Origin: a virus | Direction: 5' to 3' (one strand) | IMG/VR virus record: IMGVR_UViG_3300023174_000090 | Coordinates: 47,557-111,556 of that record | DNA length: 64,000 bases | In this document: positions 26,803-37,728 of the stretch, piece by piece | Layout of the letters: every line of letters begins with the position of its first letter | Numbering within the stretch: the stretch's first letter is position 1 | Translations under genes and position numbers: made by a program | The notes under the pieces: model-generated | What the model was told of the DNA's origin: nothing | The model's input: the letters and a program-made list of their open reading frames with translations, nothing else | Databases searched by the model: none

Positions 26803-28656
26803 TTAAAATAATACAATTGGCTTATATTCTTCTGTAGGAGCTGTTGATTTGGATTTGTCGAAAGCATCTTTCTCATTTGTATGTGCCTGTAGAAGCCACA
26901 TATATAACTTATCTCTGTCTTCCGAATATAAATCAAATCCCGTTTCAATATCCATACCACCAACATGTGAATACGGAGTATTTATAGAAGGCTTTCTTAC
27001 AATAGTAGATCCTCCTCCTATTAACAACTTACTATTTTTAATTAATTCACTATTATCAGTTATTGGTAAAATTTTTAACGGTCTTCCTTGATCATCTAAA
27101 TCTTGAACTATAAAATATTTTCCAACCAAAGTTGGATCGAGTATAAATAATGCCCATATGAGACCAAAAACTCTATCATCTAAATCCTTTTCAGATTTTT
27201 TTGAAAAAGTATAATTCGGAAGTTTAATAAAATTATCAATTTCTAATACGGTATCAATATCATTTAATTTTACACATTTTAAACTATTAATCCAATATCT
27301 AAAATTTGTTATACCTTTATATCTGGTATTTGTGTGATTGTGAATTCCAAATCTGTGAGTGTTGTTATAGTGTTTACTAAATCCTTCAAAATGATAAGAT
27401 ACAACATTTTCATAATTATGCGTTTGGCATAAAACATCTAAAATTTGCTGTCCATTGTTATTATTTTCAACAAGAATAGGAGGTCTTCCCCAATCTTCTA
27501 AAACGCCCATTAGACGAGTTCCAAAATGAAAAGGATTTATATTATTAGAAGCAAAAATAGCTACTTGTTGTATGTTCTGTAAATCAGAAACATCAAGTAT
27601 CTGAGCAACTGAATTTGTTCTTCCGATTCCTTCTCCCACATCAACACCTATTACATAATAACTTTTAGGATCTGGAAATTTAAAAATTTTATATGCACCT
27701 TCATCCAAAACTAAAACAGGTTCTGGACAATTTTGTTTTAACTGATTTAAATATTCCTCATCAACAACACTTTTATTCGGATCGTGAAATTTATTACCAT
27801 ATTCTTGATCAAAATCTTCTTTCGATCCCATTAATGAAATGGTATCCTCTTTCCATTTATCGTCTCTTCCGGGGACATCCCACCAATTTACAACTTCTAA
27901 ATTCCAACCACTATTAGGTTTTTGGGCATCTTCATATAGTTCATAGAATTTATTATCCTTTCCGTTTGGAGTGGATATAACAACTATCTGAGATTTTTTC
28001 ATAGAAGAAATAATTGGAATTGCAGATCTCCAAAGCTCCTTCATCAAGTCATTAGGACAATGTGCCATTTCATCTATGATTAGAAGATTACTTGTAGTTC
28101 CTCTAGGACCGGATGTTGAGGTTGTACTAATAGTTATTGCAGAGTCATTTCCAAGTATAAAACCATCCTTTCTCCAAGATTTTATAGGAGGTTTTAAATA
28201 TATAGGAAGTTGCTCATACGACATCTTAATTCTAGCAAATATTTCTTTGGCAGTTGCCTCTTTATTAGCAACTATTGTTATTCTTTTATCTGATTGAAAA
28301 CATACCAACCATAAAGCATATATGGTTATGGTAGTGGTTTTGCCCGATTGACGTGAACTTAAAATAACGTTAAATCGTTCATTTTTAAATGATTTTAAAA
28401 GACGTTTTTGATATTTATATAATTCTATTTTTTTCTTCCCATCTTCTGTTATTATATAAAAATAATTTTCCGCAAAATGTAAAATACTTTTAACACATGT
28501 TTTCAATTCGGACTTCATATCTTCAGTCCATTTGAAAAGTGCATCTTTTCTTAAAATATTTTCATTCCCTTGGTAGAATTTTCCATCGACTAATATTTCA
28601 TCAATATCTATATCATCTACAGAATTTTCTTCTTTTTTTACTTTTTTTCTGGGCAT
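26803..28656 (-). CDS. gp17: Terminase large subunit
   Basis: LYKYQ, SSRQSGKTT, VANK, IIDEMAH, ISTPNG, FDQEY, GVDVGEG, VENN, DDRV. Confidence 0.96.
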   Translation of the reverse strand: MPRKKVKKEENSVDDIDIDEILVDGKFYQGNENILRKDALFKWTEDMKSELKTCVKSILHFAENYFYIITEDGKKKIELYKYQKRLLKSFKNERFNVILSSRQSGKTTTITIYALWLVCFQSDKRITIVANKEATAKEIFARIKMSYEQLPIYLKPPIKSWRKDGFILGNDSAITISTTSTSGPRGTTSNLLIIDEMAHCPNDLMKELWRSAIPIISSMKKSQIVVISTPNGKDNKFYELYEDAQKPNSGWNLEVVNWWDVPGRDDKWKEDTISLMGSKEDFDQEYGNKFHDPNKSVVDEEYLNQLKQNCPEPVLVLDEGAYKIFKFPDPKSYYVIGVDVGEGIGRTNSVAQILDVSDLQNIQQVAIFASNNINPFHFGTRLMGVLEDWGRPPILVENNNNGQQILDVLCQTHNYENVVSYHFEGFSKHYNNTHRFGIHNHTNTRYKGITNFRYWINSLKCVKLNDIDTVLEIDNFIKLPNYTFSKKSEKDLDDRVFGLIWALFILDPTLVGKYFIVQDLDDQGRPLKILPITDNSELIKNSKLLIGGGSTIVRKPSINTPYSHVGGMDIETGFDLYSEDRDKLYMWLLQAHTNEKDAFDKSKSTAPTEEYKPIVLF

Positions 28657-28658
28657 AC

Positions 28659-29015
28659 CTATCTATTTAGTTGGTTTTTTAATTCCGAAAGTACATAAGA
28701 AACCAATTGAGATTTTAATATTTTCAATTCTTTACCCGCCTCTGGCATTATTACAGGATTTTTAATATTATTATATGTACAAATTAACCACCAAAGTTCC
28801 ATTGTGTTATAATTTTTAAAAGATATTAGAGGCCATGTATCATTTTCCTTAACATAATATGAGATTTCTGCATTTGAATTATTAGACGGAAAAACATTTA
28901 TAGATCTTAATAAATTATAAAATCTAAAATTATTATCATCTTCATAGACATTTAAAAAATTTTCATATCTATATAAAGATAAGTTAGGGAGATCTGTAAT
29001 CGAGTTTTGTTTCAT
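28659..29015 (-). CDS. Baseplate wedge protein (gp53-like, LysM-like)
   Basis: YYVKENDTWPLISFKNYNTMELWWLICTYNNIKNP...G.ELKI. Confidence 0.8.
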   Translation of the reverse strand: MKQNSITDLPNLSLYRYENFLNVYEDDNNFRFYNLLRSINVFPSNNSNAEISYYVKENDTWPLISFKNYNTMELWWLICTYNNIKNPVIMPEAGKELKILKSQLVSYVLSELKNQLNR

Positions 29016-29019
29016 AACA

Positions 29020-29961
29020 TTATTCAGGAGTTGGAGGTATAATTACCTTTACTTTATTTGAATCTGAAAAAGAACCCGATAAAATATTTACACTATCCTC
29101 CATTAACGATTCTAATGTAATTTCTATTTTATATGCTTCCGGTATTAAACACGCTTTTCCGTCTCCAATATCTACGGATCGAGTAGTTCCTATCGACTTT
29201 ACATCAAGAGATGACATATATGCAGCAGGCATGTATAGTCCTTTAAAATTAAGACCTTCTGCAAGATAAAGACTCGGAGCGATATGAGTCAAAAAACTAG
29301 TTTTAGTTTTTACGTTTTGAAGTTGTAACAGTTGACATAAATAAAAATTATCTTTAGTGTTTTTTAAGCTAACAGTATTGTATAGTGGAAATGATATTGA
29401 TATGGACCTTTTACTAGTGTTTCCGAAAAAACTAGGAGGCTCAAATCCAAATCCGGTAGAAAACATAGATGCAACATCCTTTCCCTTTTCGATATATCCC
29501 CCGAAAAAGGGTATGTTAGAAAGCTCAACGGGTTTCCAAGTGTTTTTTATATTTCCAGTAACACTGGCAGCATTTCCCACAAAATATGGAAAGTTATATA
29601 TAAAGCCAGTTTCCATACCCGTATATAACTGTTGATATGGATCCATACCCGCAGTGCTATCGGTAATAGGAGCATCATATATGCTACCAACACTTGAAAC
29701 ATTTTTTAAATATTCCCAAACGTTACTAAGATTTTGCAGCCATTTTCCTTTGGTAAGTTTATATTCTGTCAATTGTATTGATGGAACTTCACTATTAATT
29801 TCAGTATTATTTGATTGTATATTTCTCCACGAAAAATTATTCACAACATCAATAGGATTACTACCCACTCCGATAGTATTAACAACAGGATATTTATACG
29901 ACAAACTTCCTGATGTTGAATCTGCATCATTTAAAATAAACAAAGGACTTGTATATGCCAT
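29020..29961 (-). CDS. Baseplate/tail tube cap protein (gp48-like)
   Basis: RSISISFPLYN, APSLY, AYMSSLDV and IPEAYKIEITLESL tube-like motifs; TAAATA upstream. Confidence 0.55.
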   Translation of the reverse strand: MAYTSPLFILNDADSTSGSLSYKYPVVNTIGVGSNPIDVVNNFSWRNIQSNNTEINSEVPSIQLTEYKLTKGKWLQNLSNVWEYLKNVSSVGSIYDAPITDSTAGMDPYQQLYTGMETGFIYNFPYFVGNAASVTGNIKNTWKPVELSNIPFFGGYIEKGKDVASMFSTGFGFEPPSFFGNTSKRSISISFPLYNTVSLKNTKDNFYLCQLLQLQNVKTKTSFLTHIAPSLYLAEGLNFKGLYMPAAYMSSLDVKSIGTTRSVDIGDGKACLIPEAYKIEITLESLMEDSVNILSGSFSDSNKVKVIIPPTPE

Positions 29962-29969
29962 ATATATAT

Positions 29970-32165
29970 TTATGGTTTATATGGCTGTCTAGCCATATTT
30001 CCAGTTTGAATTTTTCGATACGATTCTATCGGATCTCCTCCCCCACCACCGGAAGACCCCCCGACAATAACTGATGACGCTCCTCTAGACTCTTGTAATT
30101 TAAATATAGAATCAGCCGAAAGGTCCACAACTGGAGGCGTAGAAGCAGGAGTTGCCCTCGGAGCAACAATTACAGGAACAGGAGGAGGAGTTGGTGCAGC
30201 GGTAGGTTGGAGCGGAATAAATCTCCTCTGAGGAGCATCGGACGCAGGAGACGAGGACGGAGCAGGTATAACTGAAGCAGTAGCTGATTTTCCACCAACA
30301 GAAGGCGTAGCAGGCGGCTGTGGAGTGACAGACGGCTGTGGCGTAGCAGACGGCATAGCCGATTGCGGAGAAGAACTTGAACTACTTTGCAGGGGAGAGT
30401 TATTATTTTCCGAAGCAATTCTCTGAGATTCCGCCGCATTCTTATCTCGCATGAATTGTTCATGTCTCTTTGCTTCATAATTTTCCAACCAGACACTACC
30501 CGCCAGCCCCACTCCAGTACCAATCGCAGTTCCGACTGGACCTCCTATAAGGGTTCCCACTATGCCACCAATCCAAGGCAAAATAGCAGAAACAAACCTC
30601 AGAAACGCTCCTAATATATCTCCTTCGATTATTCTAGCAATTGCTTGATATGCACCATATGCAAATTGCAAGGGAACCGCTATTCTACCCAACCAACCAG
30701 CAATACGCATACCAAATTGTCCCAAAGCAGTAGATCCTTTTGTTAAAAAACCGCCAATCAATGGAAGTTTAGTTAAAAAACTACCAATCGATCCAAAAAA
30801 TCCTTTAATTTTTCCAAAAATTGTTCCAATAGATCCCGATACTGATTTTGCAGCATTCAATAATTTCGGTGGTATAATTTTATTTAAAAACGAACGTACC
30901 TTATTTGCGTTTGCTAATGCGGCCTTATTAATTTTTAAAACGTCTCTATATACTTTTCCCAAGGGACGTTTAATTGTTAAAAGAGATACCATAAATACAT
31001 TTTTTATCAAGTCTTGCATCTTTGGACTATCAAGTCCCGTCATTATTTGCAATCCTTTAGCCGCCTTTTCAACCTCCGTCTTATATCCAAAAAAACCAGC
31101 CATCTTATCAATCGCCCACCCCAGTTTATCTCCAAATAATGCGAATGCTAATGTAGCTCCCGATATCATCGGAAGATAACGCATTAAAGTAGGTAGTCCA
31201 CTTCTCGCCAGCCATCCCGCTAACAATCCCACACCTGCCAATTCCGCGCCAGAAGCCTGTGTAGGTTTTTTTCGTATTCTTTCTAAACTATCTCTACTCT
31301 CTTCGTTTGTTAATAAAATTTTTCGTAATAAAATACTTTGATCTTTACTATCTAAATTTAAAGATTTTAATATTTTAACAGCAGAAGTTTCATCTAAAGT
31401 TATCGATCTTTCTCCAGATTTTCGTAATAATTCTATACTATTTGGACTCAATTCTTGTTTTTTATCTACAAATTTCTGAAATATTTCATTCAATTGTTCT
31501 TTTTTTATTCCAGTAATTTTAGATAATGACTCGATTTTCTCCTCATCAAATTTAAATTTTGATTCGTTTGATCGTATTAAAGAATCAAGTTTATCTAAAA
31601 TATTGGGACCGAAATAATCCAATCCAACAGGAGATGTTGTAGTTAATTTATTTGGTATGTTTTGTATCTTTTCTTTTAATTTACTAACAATATCAGACAA
31701 TCCCGTATTTTCCAAACTTACAGAAATTTTATCTGCCATTTGCTGTGGATTCGTAGTCGAATTTGTAGTCGAATTTGTATTAATATTATTTGAAATTTCG
31801 GATAGTTTAGAATTTGTTTCCTCTTCTATTTTTGAAAAATTTTCCTTAATATTATTAGAAATCTCTATAGCCTTTTCTAAAATTTCTTTTCTTAATACTC
31901 CAAGGGGGGATCCCTCAACAGTTTCTCGGGGAATTCCTAAAACATCAGATACTATTTTAGAATAATCTACTTCAGATAATGATTGTTTCATCTTATCTGA
32001 TGATTTTTTAGCAGAATCTTCAATATCCTGCTGAATCGCTTTGATGTTTTGTTTATGTTCCGGATTTAATCCCAAAAAAACTTCTAAAAGTTTATTTGAA
32101 TCTAATGAACCTATTACAGGTATTCCATTTTCTTTTAAAAATCGATTTAAATCATCAAATGACAT
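29970..32165 (-). CDS. Tape measure-like protein (gp29-like)
   Basis: Helical N-terminus, Gly/Ala-rich hydrophobic middle (GGIVGTLIGGPVGTAIG) and Pro/Ser/Ala-rich tail; position in the tail cluster. Confidence 0.6.
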   Translation of the reverse strand: MSFDDLNRFLKENGIPVIGSLDSNKLLEVFLGLNPEHKQNIKAIQQDIEDSAKKSSDKMKQSLSEVDYSKIVSDVLGIPRETVEGSPLGVLRKEILEKAIEISNNIKENFSKIEEETNSKLSEISNNINTNSTTNSTTNPQQMADKISVSLENTGLSDIVSKLKEKIQNIPNKLTTTSPVGLDYFGPNILDKLDSLIRSNESKFKFDEEKIESLSKITGIKKEQLNEIFQKFVDKKQELSPNSIELLRKSGERSITLDETSAVKILKSLNLDSKDQSILLRKILLTNEESRDSLERIRKKPTQASGAELAGVGLLAGWLARSGLPTLMRYLPMISGATLAFALFGDKLGWAIDKMAGFFGYKTEVEKAAKGLQIMTGLDSPKMQDLIKNVFMVSLLTIKRPLGKVYRDVLKINKAALANANKVRSFLNKIIPPKLLNAAKSVSGSIGTIFGKIKGFFGSIGSFLTKLPLIGGFLTKGSTALGQFGMRIAGWLGRIAVPLQFAYGAYQAIARIIEGDILGAFLRFVSAILPWIGGIVGTLIGGPVGTAIGTGVGLAGSVWLENYEAKRHEQFMRDKNAAESQRIASENNNSPLQSSSSSSPQSAMPSATPQPSVTPQPPATPSVGGKSATASVIPAPSSSPASDAPQRRFIPLQPTAAPTPPPVPVIVAPRATPASTPPVVDLSADSIFKLQESRGASSVIVGGSSGGGGGDPIESYRKIQTGNMARQPYKP

Positions 32166-32208
32166 ATATAATACTTAATATATATGTCATTTTTTTATAT
32201 TTATGAAA

Positions 32209-33015
32209 TTAATTTGATATAAAAATCAAACTATCTGCTTCTAAAATTTTAGTATATTCTAAATAAGAAACTTCCGACACCGCATTTATTTCGTTTTTAA
32301 TATTCATTATACTTTGCAATATATTTTGTATTAAAGTTGCAGGAAGTTTTTCCACAATTTGAATCTTCTGTGGAATATGTAATGAATCGTAATTAATATC
32401 ATTATCATTTATATGTATGGATTTAATATATTTTGCAGTTTCTCCTATAAATGCATCTGTTATAAGATTTTTTATATCATCTACATTATTTTCTTTTCTT
32501 TCTTTATTATAAATATAGGAATCAAAATCGCCCTCCGCATAAAATTTTGGTATACTTAAAATAACATTGACTGAAATTTCATTTTTAGCATACGTAACAT
32601 TTTTATTTTCAGGATGTTTAAATGATTTATATTTATCTAAAATAGAAAGTATGTTAATATCAGATTGAATTTTAGGATCTTCAGAAAAAATAACATTTAT
32701 TGTTTCTGAAATTTGACTCCTTATGTGAAAAGCTATAGAATTTTTATCTATAATAGTAAGAGTTTTAAGCACTTCCGCATCCTCTTCACAATTAGAGGAT
32801 AAAATTTCATAAAATATTTTAGAAAATGTTGATTTGGAAACAGAAGAGTCAATTGCAGACTCTATAATAGTTTTTTGTTGTTTGGCGTTTATTTCTTGAA
32901 ATCGAATAGTACGCTCCAAAGAAGGAACCCATGCATCCACATAAAAATTTTCTTTTGCTATTTTATTTAATTTATTTAAAGCGTCTGTAAAATTTAAAAT
33001 ATTATTTTCGTTCAT
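32209..33015 (-). CDS. Baseplate hub assembly protein (gp26-like)
   Basis: VPSLERTIRFQEINAKQQK, LTIID...IRSQ, VEKLP. Confidence 0.6.
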   Translation of the reverse strand: MNENNILNFTDALNKLNKIAKENFYVDAWVPSLERTIRFQEINAKQQKTIIESAIDSSVSKSTFSKIFYEILSSNCEEDAEVLKTLTIIDKNSIAFHIRSQISETINVIFSEDPKIQSDINILSILDKYKSFKHPENKNVTYAKNEISVNVILSIPKFYAEGDFDSYIYNKERKENNVDDIKNLITDAFIGETAKYIKSIHINDNDINYDSLHIPQKIQIVEKLPATLIQNILQSIMNIKNEINAVSEVSYLEYTKILEADSLIFISN

Positions 33016-33031
33016 GCAATAATTTATACAA

Positions 33032-33955
33032 TTATCCACCATATTCAAGCATTAAATCTTGTAAATTCGTTGATTGAGAAGTTGACTCTTGAGCATTTTG
33101 ATTTCTATATTCCATTTCTTCTTCTATGAATGAAAAGAAAACCCTTCTATCGGATATTGATAAATTATCTACATATTGGGGATTTATATTTTTAGATGCC
33201 AACATATAATATTCTTGATATATATTTCTCAAATCGCCAAAACTAAATAATAATCGCAAAAAATAAGGTATTGAACTATTAAAAAAATTTAATTTTAAAG
33301 AATCTAATCTAGATATTTTAAAAAAATTTATATCGCTTGTGGATTTTAACATATCGTATATAGAAGCTTCTATTTTGGATTTCAAAGTTACTGGAAACTT
33401 TTCATACAAATTATTTTTTTCATTGGAATTTAATTGTGAAAATTCAATAAGAGAATTTTCAACATATAATTTACTTATAAACTCATAAAATGGATAATCA
33501 TACAATTTTTTATCTGTATTAAAATAGAGTCCATCGGATTTAAAATTTGGTATATCTAATTTACATTCAATGTTTTTATAAGATATTTTTTCTTTAAAAA
33601 TTGAATTAAAATGTTGATATATTGATATCATAAGATTATTTAAATTTAATGTTATTGTTATATTTTTATTATTTTCATTTAATATTAACTTTAATTCATC
33701 TCCAATACTAATATTACGTATTTTTATTGCATAAAGAAAAAACTCTATTAAATTTATATCTTTTAAATCTTCTTTATTTTCTGTGCAGTTTTCTAATATT
33801 TTTTTTAATATTCTATAAAATTCTGCATGATTTTCTTCATTTTCTGAAGGAAATATAATATTTGTTTTTGATAATATAAGCTGCTCTTTTGTATTAAATT
33901 CTCTATAATAGAGAACTTTTTTAGAAAATGGCATCTCCGAAGAATAAACGTACAT
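33032..33955 (-). CDS. Baseplate hub assembly protein (gp26-like with a gp51-like C-terminus)
   Basis: MPFSKKVLYYREFNTKEQ, IKIRNISIG, C-terminal YVDNLSISDRRVF. Confidence 0.6.
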   Translation of the reverse strand: MYVYSSEMPFSKKVLYYREFNTKEQLILSKTNIIFPSENEENHAEFYRILKKILENCTENKEDLKDINLIEFFLYAIKIRNISIGDELKLILNENNKNITITLNLNNLMISIYQHFNSIFKEKISYKNIECKLDIPNFKSDGLYFNTDKKLYDYPFYEFISKLYVENSLIEFSQLNSNEKNNLYEKFPVTLKSKIEASIYDMLKSTSDINFFKISRLDSLKLNFFNSSIPYFLRLLFSFGDLRNIYQEYYMLASKNINPQYVDNLSISDRRVFFSFIEEEMEYRNQNAQESTSQSTNLQDLMLEYGG

Positions 33956-33964
33956 TATTTTTAT

Positions 33965-34924
33965 TTATGGTTTTAATTTAAATGGTAGTTTACTTATATT
34001 AAATTTTGATCTTGTAACCCCACCAATTGTCGTTTGTTCTAAATTTCCATATTCAATATTCATAGTTGTCGTTACTTGACCATTATTTTTTTGTCTATTT
34101 TCATTAATAGAAAATCCTGTAACACCAACATCATTACTTGTTTTATTTTGTAAAAAATTTGTATCAGCATTTAAAAAAGAAGAATCTCCGGATTTTTCGT
34201 TGGATTGTGCAGCTAATATACAATATGAATCATAAACAAAAGAGACTCTATATTTCTGTACAGAAGTATCGATATTGTATGATAAAGAAGAACCCTCCAC
34301 AGTAATAGGTGCTACATTAAAAAATCTTATTATTTTTCTATTTATTTGATTAATTCCCGATCCGTTCTTACCATAAAAAAGAATATCTAATTTAGGCAAT
34401 TTAATATTTTTTGTAGCATCTGATCGAGTTACAAATCCATAGTGTCCGGTCAAAATCATCCATTGTCTAATAAATAAATCAACAAACGAAAGATTTGTTT
34501 CTAAAAATGAAACAGTAAATTTTTGATAATTTCCTCTACCTTTTGAAGTTACTGGTGCTTGGAAAGCACCAAATTGTAATCCCTCATTAGAGGCGTCTAT
34601 AGTATCACTAGGCAATGACACATCAGACGCAAATGCACAAAATGGATATATATCATGAGGGTTTGTATTTGATTTACTTGCGAATATTTCTATTATTTTT
34701 TTACTGACTTCCCACGAATCTGCACCACCTATCATTTCCAAATTCTTTAAAGTTGTTAAAAAATTAGATTTTAATAGCGGTAAATCATTTATCTCAATAT
34801 ATATACACCATTGAGTAGATGCGGGTATTGAGGTGGGCCATCTACTCAATATATCGAGATACATTGGTATTGGACCATTTAGATTCTCATATCCAAAAGG
34901 AACCGCTTTTGCGTTTTCAGCCAT
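33965..34924 (-). CDS. Baseplate tail-tube initiator (gp54-like)
   Basis: ASDVSLP, FTVSFLET, FIRQWM, FFNVAPITV and VSFVY tube-fold pattern; adjacent to the tube gene. Confidence 0.55.
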   Translation of the reverse strand: MAENAKAVPFGYENLNGPIPMYLDILSRWPTSIPASTQWCIYIEINDLPLLKSNFLTTLKNLEMIGGADSWEVSKKIIEIFASKSNTNPHDIYPFCAFASDVSLPSDTIDASNEGLQFGAFQAPVTSKGRGNYQKFTVSFLETNLSFVDLFIRQWMILTGHYGFVTRSDATKNIKLPKLDILFYGKNGSGINQINRKIIRFFNVAPITVEGSSLSYNIDTSVQKYRVSFVYDSYCILAAQSNEKSGDSSFLNADTNFLQNKTSNDVGVTGFSINENRQKNNGQVTTTMNIEYGNLEQTTIGGVTRSKFNISKLPFKLKP

Positions 34925-34951
34925 ATCAAATACTTATTCGTTTGATATGTT

Positions 34952-35521
34952 TTAAGGTTTTGCTATAAGAGGAGACGTTTCGGGTTGTACCCAGAATTGA
35001 TACGCAAGAGTTACCTGTTGAGTAACAATTTCACCAGCAGCAGTTACATCTAAATTGTATGTTCCTACCTTAGTACAATAGGCTCCCATTAAGTTATAAA
35101 CTCTTATAGGGGTTCCATCCTTACCCATTAAAGCAATGCCAATTTGACCCAAATCTCTTAAATTATACGCACCTGTAGATGTTGCATCATCAAACGTAGC
35201 TCTCGTCCATAATTCAAGTTTTTTTCTAATAGATAAATCTTGAGGCATTCTGAACGTAACGTTCCATGCATTACTTCCGGGATAACTTGCGGTTCCGGGG
35301 ACATTAAACTGAAGACCCATAAAAGGAACTTGCACATTTTTAATCTCTCTATCCGGAAGAGAAGTAGTTGTTATATAAACTAATTCTTCTCTATCAAATA
35401 CTATATCCGAAGCTCCGGACGAAATATAGAGAACTCTGAAAAGATTTGTTCTAGCAAAATCCTTTGACAAGGCAGCTTCGAAGAAGTTATTGATATCTTG
35501 ATGTTGAAATAAGTTTGGCAT
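34952..35521 (-). CDS. gp19: Tail tube protein
   Basis: FARTNLFRV, TTSLP, VPFMG...VPG, WNVTF, IRKKLELW, VTLAYQFW; follows the sheath gene. Confidence 0.88.
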   Translation of the reverse strand: MPNLFQHQDINNFFEAALSKDFARTNLFRVLYISSGASDIVFDREELVYITTTSLPDREIKNVQVPFMGLQFNVPGTASYPGSNAWNVTFRMPQDLSIRKKLELWTRATFDDATSTGAYNLRDLGQIGIALMGKDGTPIRVYNLMGAYCTKVGTYNLDVTAAGEIVTQQVTLAYQFWVQPETSPLIAKP

Positions 35522-35526
35522 ATTAA

Positions 35527-35532
35527 TATTTA
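35527..35532 (-). promoter_or_regulatory. Late promoter core TAAATA (representative of many TAA[A/G]TA sites)
   Basis: TAAATA 5 nt upstream of the tube ATG. The same core occurs at 20931, 24483, 29967, 32172, 33962, 34931, 37742, 40612, 41554, 42209 (minus) and 38243, 44298, 44686, 57699 (plus). Confidence 0.6.
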
Positions 35533-35535
35533 TCC

Positions 35536-37728
35536 TTAGCTAATAAGTTCGTCGAAATTAACACCTGTTCTAGTGGCTATGAAATCTGCCAATATGAATT
35601 CAGCAGTTCTAACGGGCTGAATGTATACGGAAAGTCTCATTTCATTATTGTCTATAACATCCGGTGTATTGTTTCTTTCGTCGCATACAATTCTATAATC
35701 ATACAAACCATCATTATTTCTGGCCTGATTGAATACAGGGGCAAGAGCGTTAACTAATCGTGTTCTTGTTGTGAATGTATTTGGTTCAAATACAAAATAC
35801 TTTAAAAGATTTTCTGTAGTTTTTTCTAATGTTAAGAACAATCTTCTAACATTAATTCTATCAAATGCGGATGGTTTTGTGAAAAGTGTCTTTTGTCCAA
35901 AGATTACGTATCCATCACCGGGGAAAAACGCTATAGGATTGACATTAATTCTATATAGTAAATCACGTTGTTTTTGCGTTGGATTTATTGCAAGATCAGA
36001 TACGTTTGTTAACACGCCTCTAGTAAATCCAGCAGGAGAAGTCCAAGGGAATGCAACGCGAGAAGTTTGCGCGAAAACAGCGGCAGCATATGCAGACGCA
36101 GGAATCCAGACTTGCTTATCGGAGCTTAAATCAGTAGTTTTTACCCAATTTCCATATGTAGTCGAATAGCTGGAAACGTTAGATGCGAACAGGTTTTTGA
36201 GAGGCCAGTACACATCTTTAGCAAAAACATAATCACTATTTTTAGTAACTTTAGAATTCGATCCTTGAATGAAAATATACCTAAGAGGATCTGCAATGAA
36301 AACGTGATCCTTTCTAGTAATATCAGCAAATGATACAAATTGTGAAGCAATATCTTGATAGTCTGAAACAATTCCACCAATAGGATCATTTGTTTGCTCT
36401 TTTAAATCTGTAACTGAAACATTAAAGGTTTCATCAAATATTTTGGGCGTATATGTGCCCCCTTCTTCATGTTCCCATTTCTTTTTAGCACCCACCCAAA
36501 TAGTTCCTAAACCAGCTTCGGCGGTAACATCCAAGTCAATATCTAAATTATTAATGTTATTGAGAATTCTCTGAAGTTTGAGAGGGACATTTCCAACATC
36601 ACCAGCAATTGTATCGGTATCGGAAACATAAACTCCTTCTGAGAATAGATTTTTGGATCCAGCATTTAATCTCACGGTTCTTGCGGGAAGTCCATTACTA
36701 GCCAACCAAGTTCCTCGTTGAGATACAAAAGGATTTGTTAAAACTTTTACAGATGATGAATTTTTATCAACTATAGAATCCAAGAAGAAAGAGACAGGAG
36801 GACCGCCGTTTCTATCATTTTGAGTACGTTTTGCATATAAAGATCCGGTATACCCTTCAGTTGGAATAGCATCTAATACTACAGTATCTTGAGCGTAAAT
36901 GGATGTTCTAACTTTAAACACCATGAGAGTAAGACAATCATTATAAAATGATGTTCCGAAATCAAAATCTCTCGGAAATTGCTCAACAATTTCCGAAATA
37001 CTTGTACCAGCAGCCGAAAATGCTTGTGTTAATGAGAAATTAAAACGAGATGAAGGAACAACACTAAATGTTTGATAATTTCCATTAACTATGTCAGAAG
37101 CTGCTTTAATTCCTGTTATGGATACAAAATCACTTGCAGGATTGTTTTCTGAATTATCAGCAATAGCAACATAATATCCTTCATACAAATTGTTAATAGT
37201 GGATTTTTTCGTATCAACAACCACTAAACCGCCTTTTGTTTGTAAATCCTCAAAGCTTAATATTTCATCATCTACGTAAGAACTTGCCCATGTAACATTA
37301 TTTTCTGTTAAGTCGAGATATTCTTGATCGGTGAGCAATATAGATTTAGGAGGTCTGATTTCAAATGCTGTAGAATCTCCATATTCAGTTTCGTTGCCAC
37401 TAATTGGATACACTAATGCAGTATATTGATTTGAAAATCCTTCACCCGCACCTGAACCATATGGCATTCTAGTAACCAAAAGATTTGTAGGAGATTGAGT
37501 TAAAAGTTGTCTAGCGGAGTGATAAAGATATCTTTCAGCTGAATTGGTTGGACTTCCGAAAATGCTTTCAAATTCGGAAATACTTCCTACATTAATAATT
37601 TCATCAGTCGGACCCTCTGCTGCGAATCCTGTAATAAAAGTGTTCGTAACGCCAACGGGTCTTGCAATTAAGCTAAGATCTACTTCATTAATTTGTACAC
37701 CGGGAGATGCTATTGTTCTAGTTGCCAT
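35536..37728 (-). CDS. gp18: Tail sheath protein
   Basis: SPGVQINEVDLS, PWTSPAGFTRG, QRDLLY..NVNPI, FGQKTL, FDRINVRRLF, FEPN, VCDERNNTPDVID, QPVRTAEFI. Confidence 0.97.
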   Translation of the reverse strand: MATRTIASPGVQINEVDLSLIARPVGVTNTFITGFAAEGPTDEIINVGSISEFESIFGSPTNSAERYLYHSARQLLTQSPTNLLVTRMPYGSGAGEGFSNQYTALVYPISGNETEYGDSTAFEIRPPKSILLTDQEYLDLTENNVTWASSYVDDEILSFEDLQTKGGLVVVDTKKSTINNLYEGYYVAIADNSENNPASDFVSITGIKAASDIVNGNYQTFSVVPSSRFNFSLTQAFSAAGTSISEIVEQFPRDFDFGTSFYNDCLTLMVFKVRTSIYAQDTVVLDAIPTEGYTGSLYAKRTQNDRNGGPPVSFFLDSIVDKNSSSVKVLTNPFVSQRGTWLASNGLPARTVRLNAGSKNLFSEGVYVSDTDTIAGDVGNVPLKLQRILNNINNLDIDLDVTAEAGLGTIWVGAKKKWEHEEGGTYTPKIFDETFNVSVTDLKEQTNDPIGGIVSDYQDIASQFVSFADITRKDHVFIADPLRYIFIQGSNSKVTKNSDYVFAKDVYWPLKNLFASNVSSYSTTYGNWVKTTDLSSDKQVWIPASAYAAAVFAQTSRVAFPWTSPAGFTRGVLTNVSDLAINPTQKQRDLLYRINVNPIAFFPGDGYVIFGQKTLFTKPSAFDRINVRRLFLTLEKTTENLLKYFVFEPNTFTTRTRLVNALAPVFNQARNNDGLYDYRIVCDERNNTPDVIDNNEMRLSVYIQPVRTAEFILADFIATRTGVNFDELIS

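Noticed and set aside
30100-30614. GC-rich patch with alternative-frame ORFs, suggesting an insertion
   Set aside because: It is explained by the Pro/Ser/Ala-rich tail of the tape measure-like protein.
31753-31779. 12-bp tandem repeat (NSTT x2)
   Set aside because: A trivial low-complexity linker duplication inside a coding region.
35729-36169. 146-aa antisense ORF in the sheath gene, and other short antisense ORFs in the track
   Set aside because: They are shadows of well-supported genes on the opposite strand.
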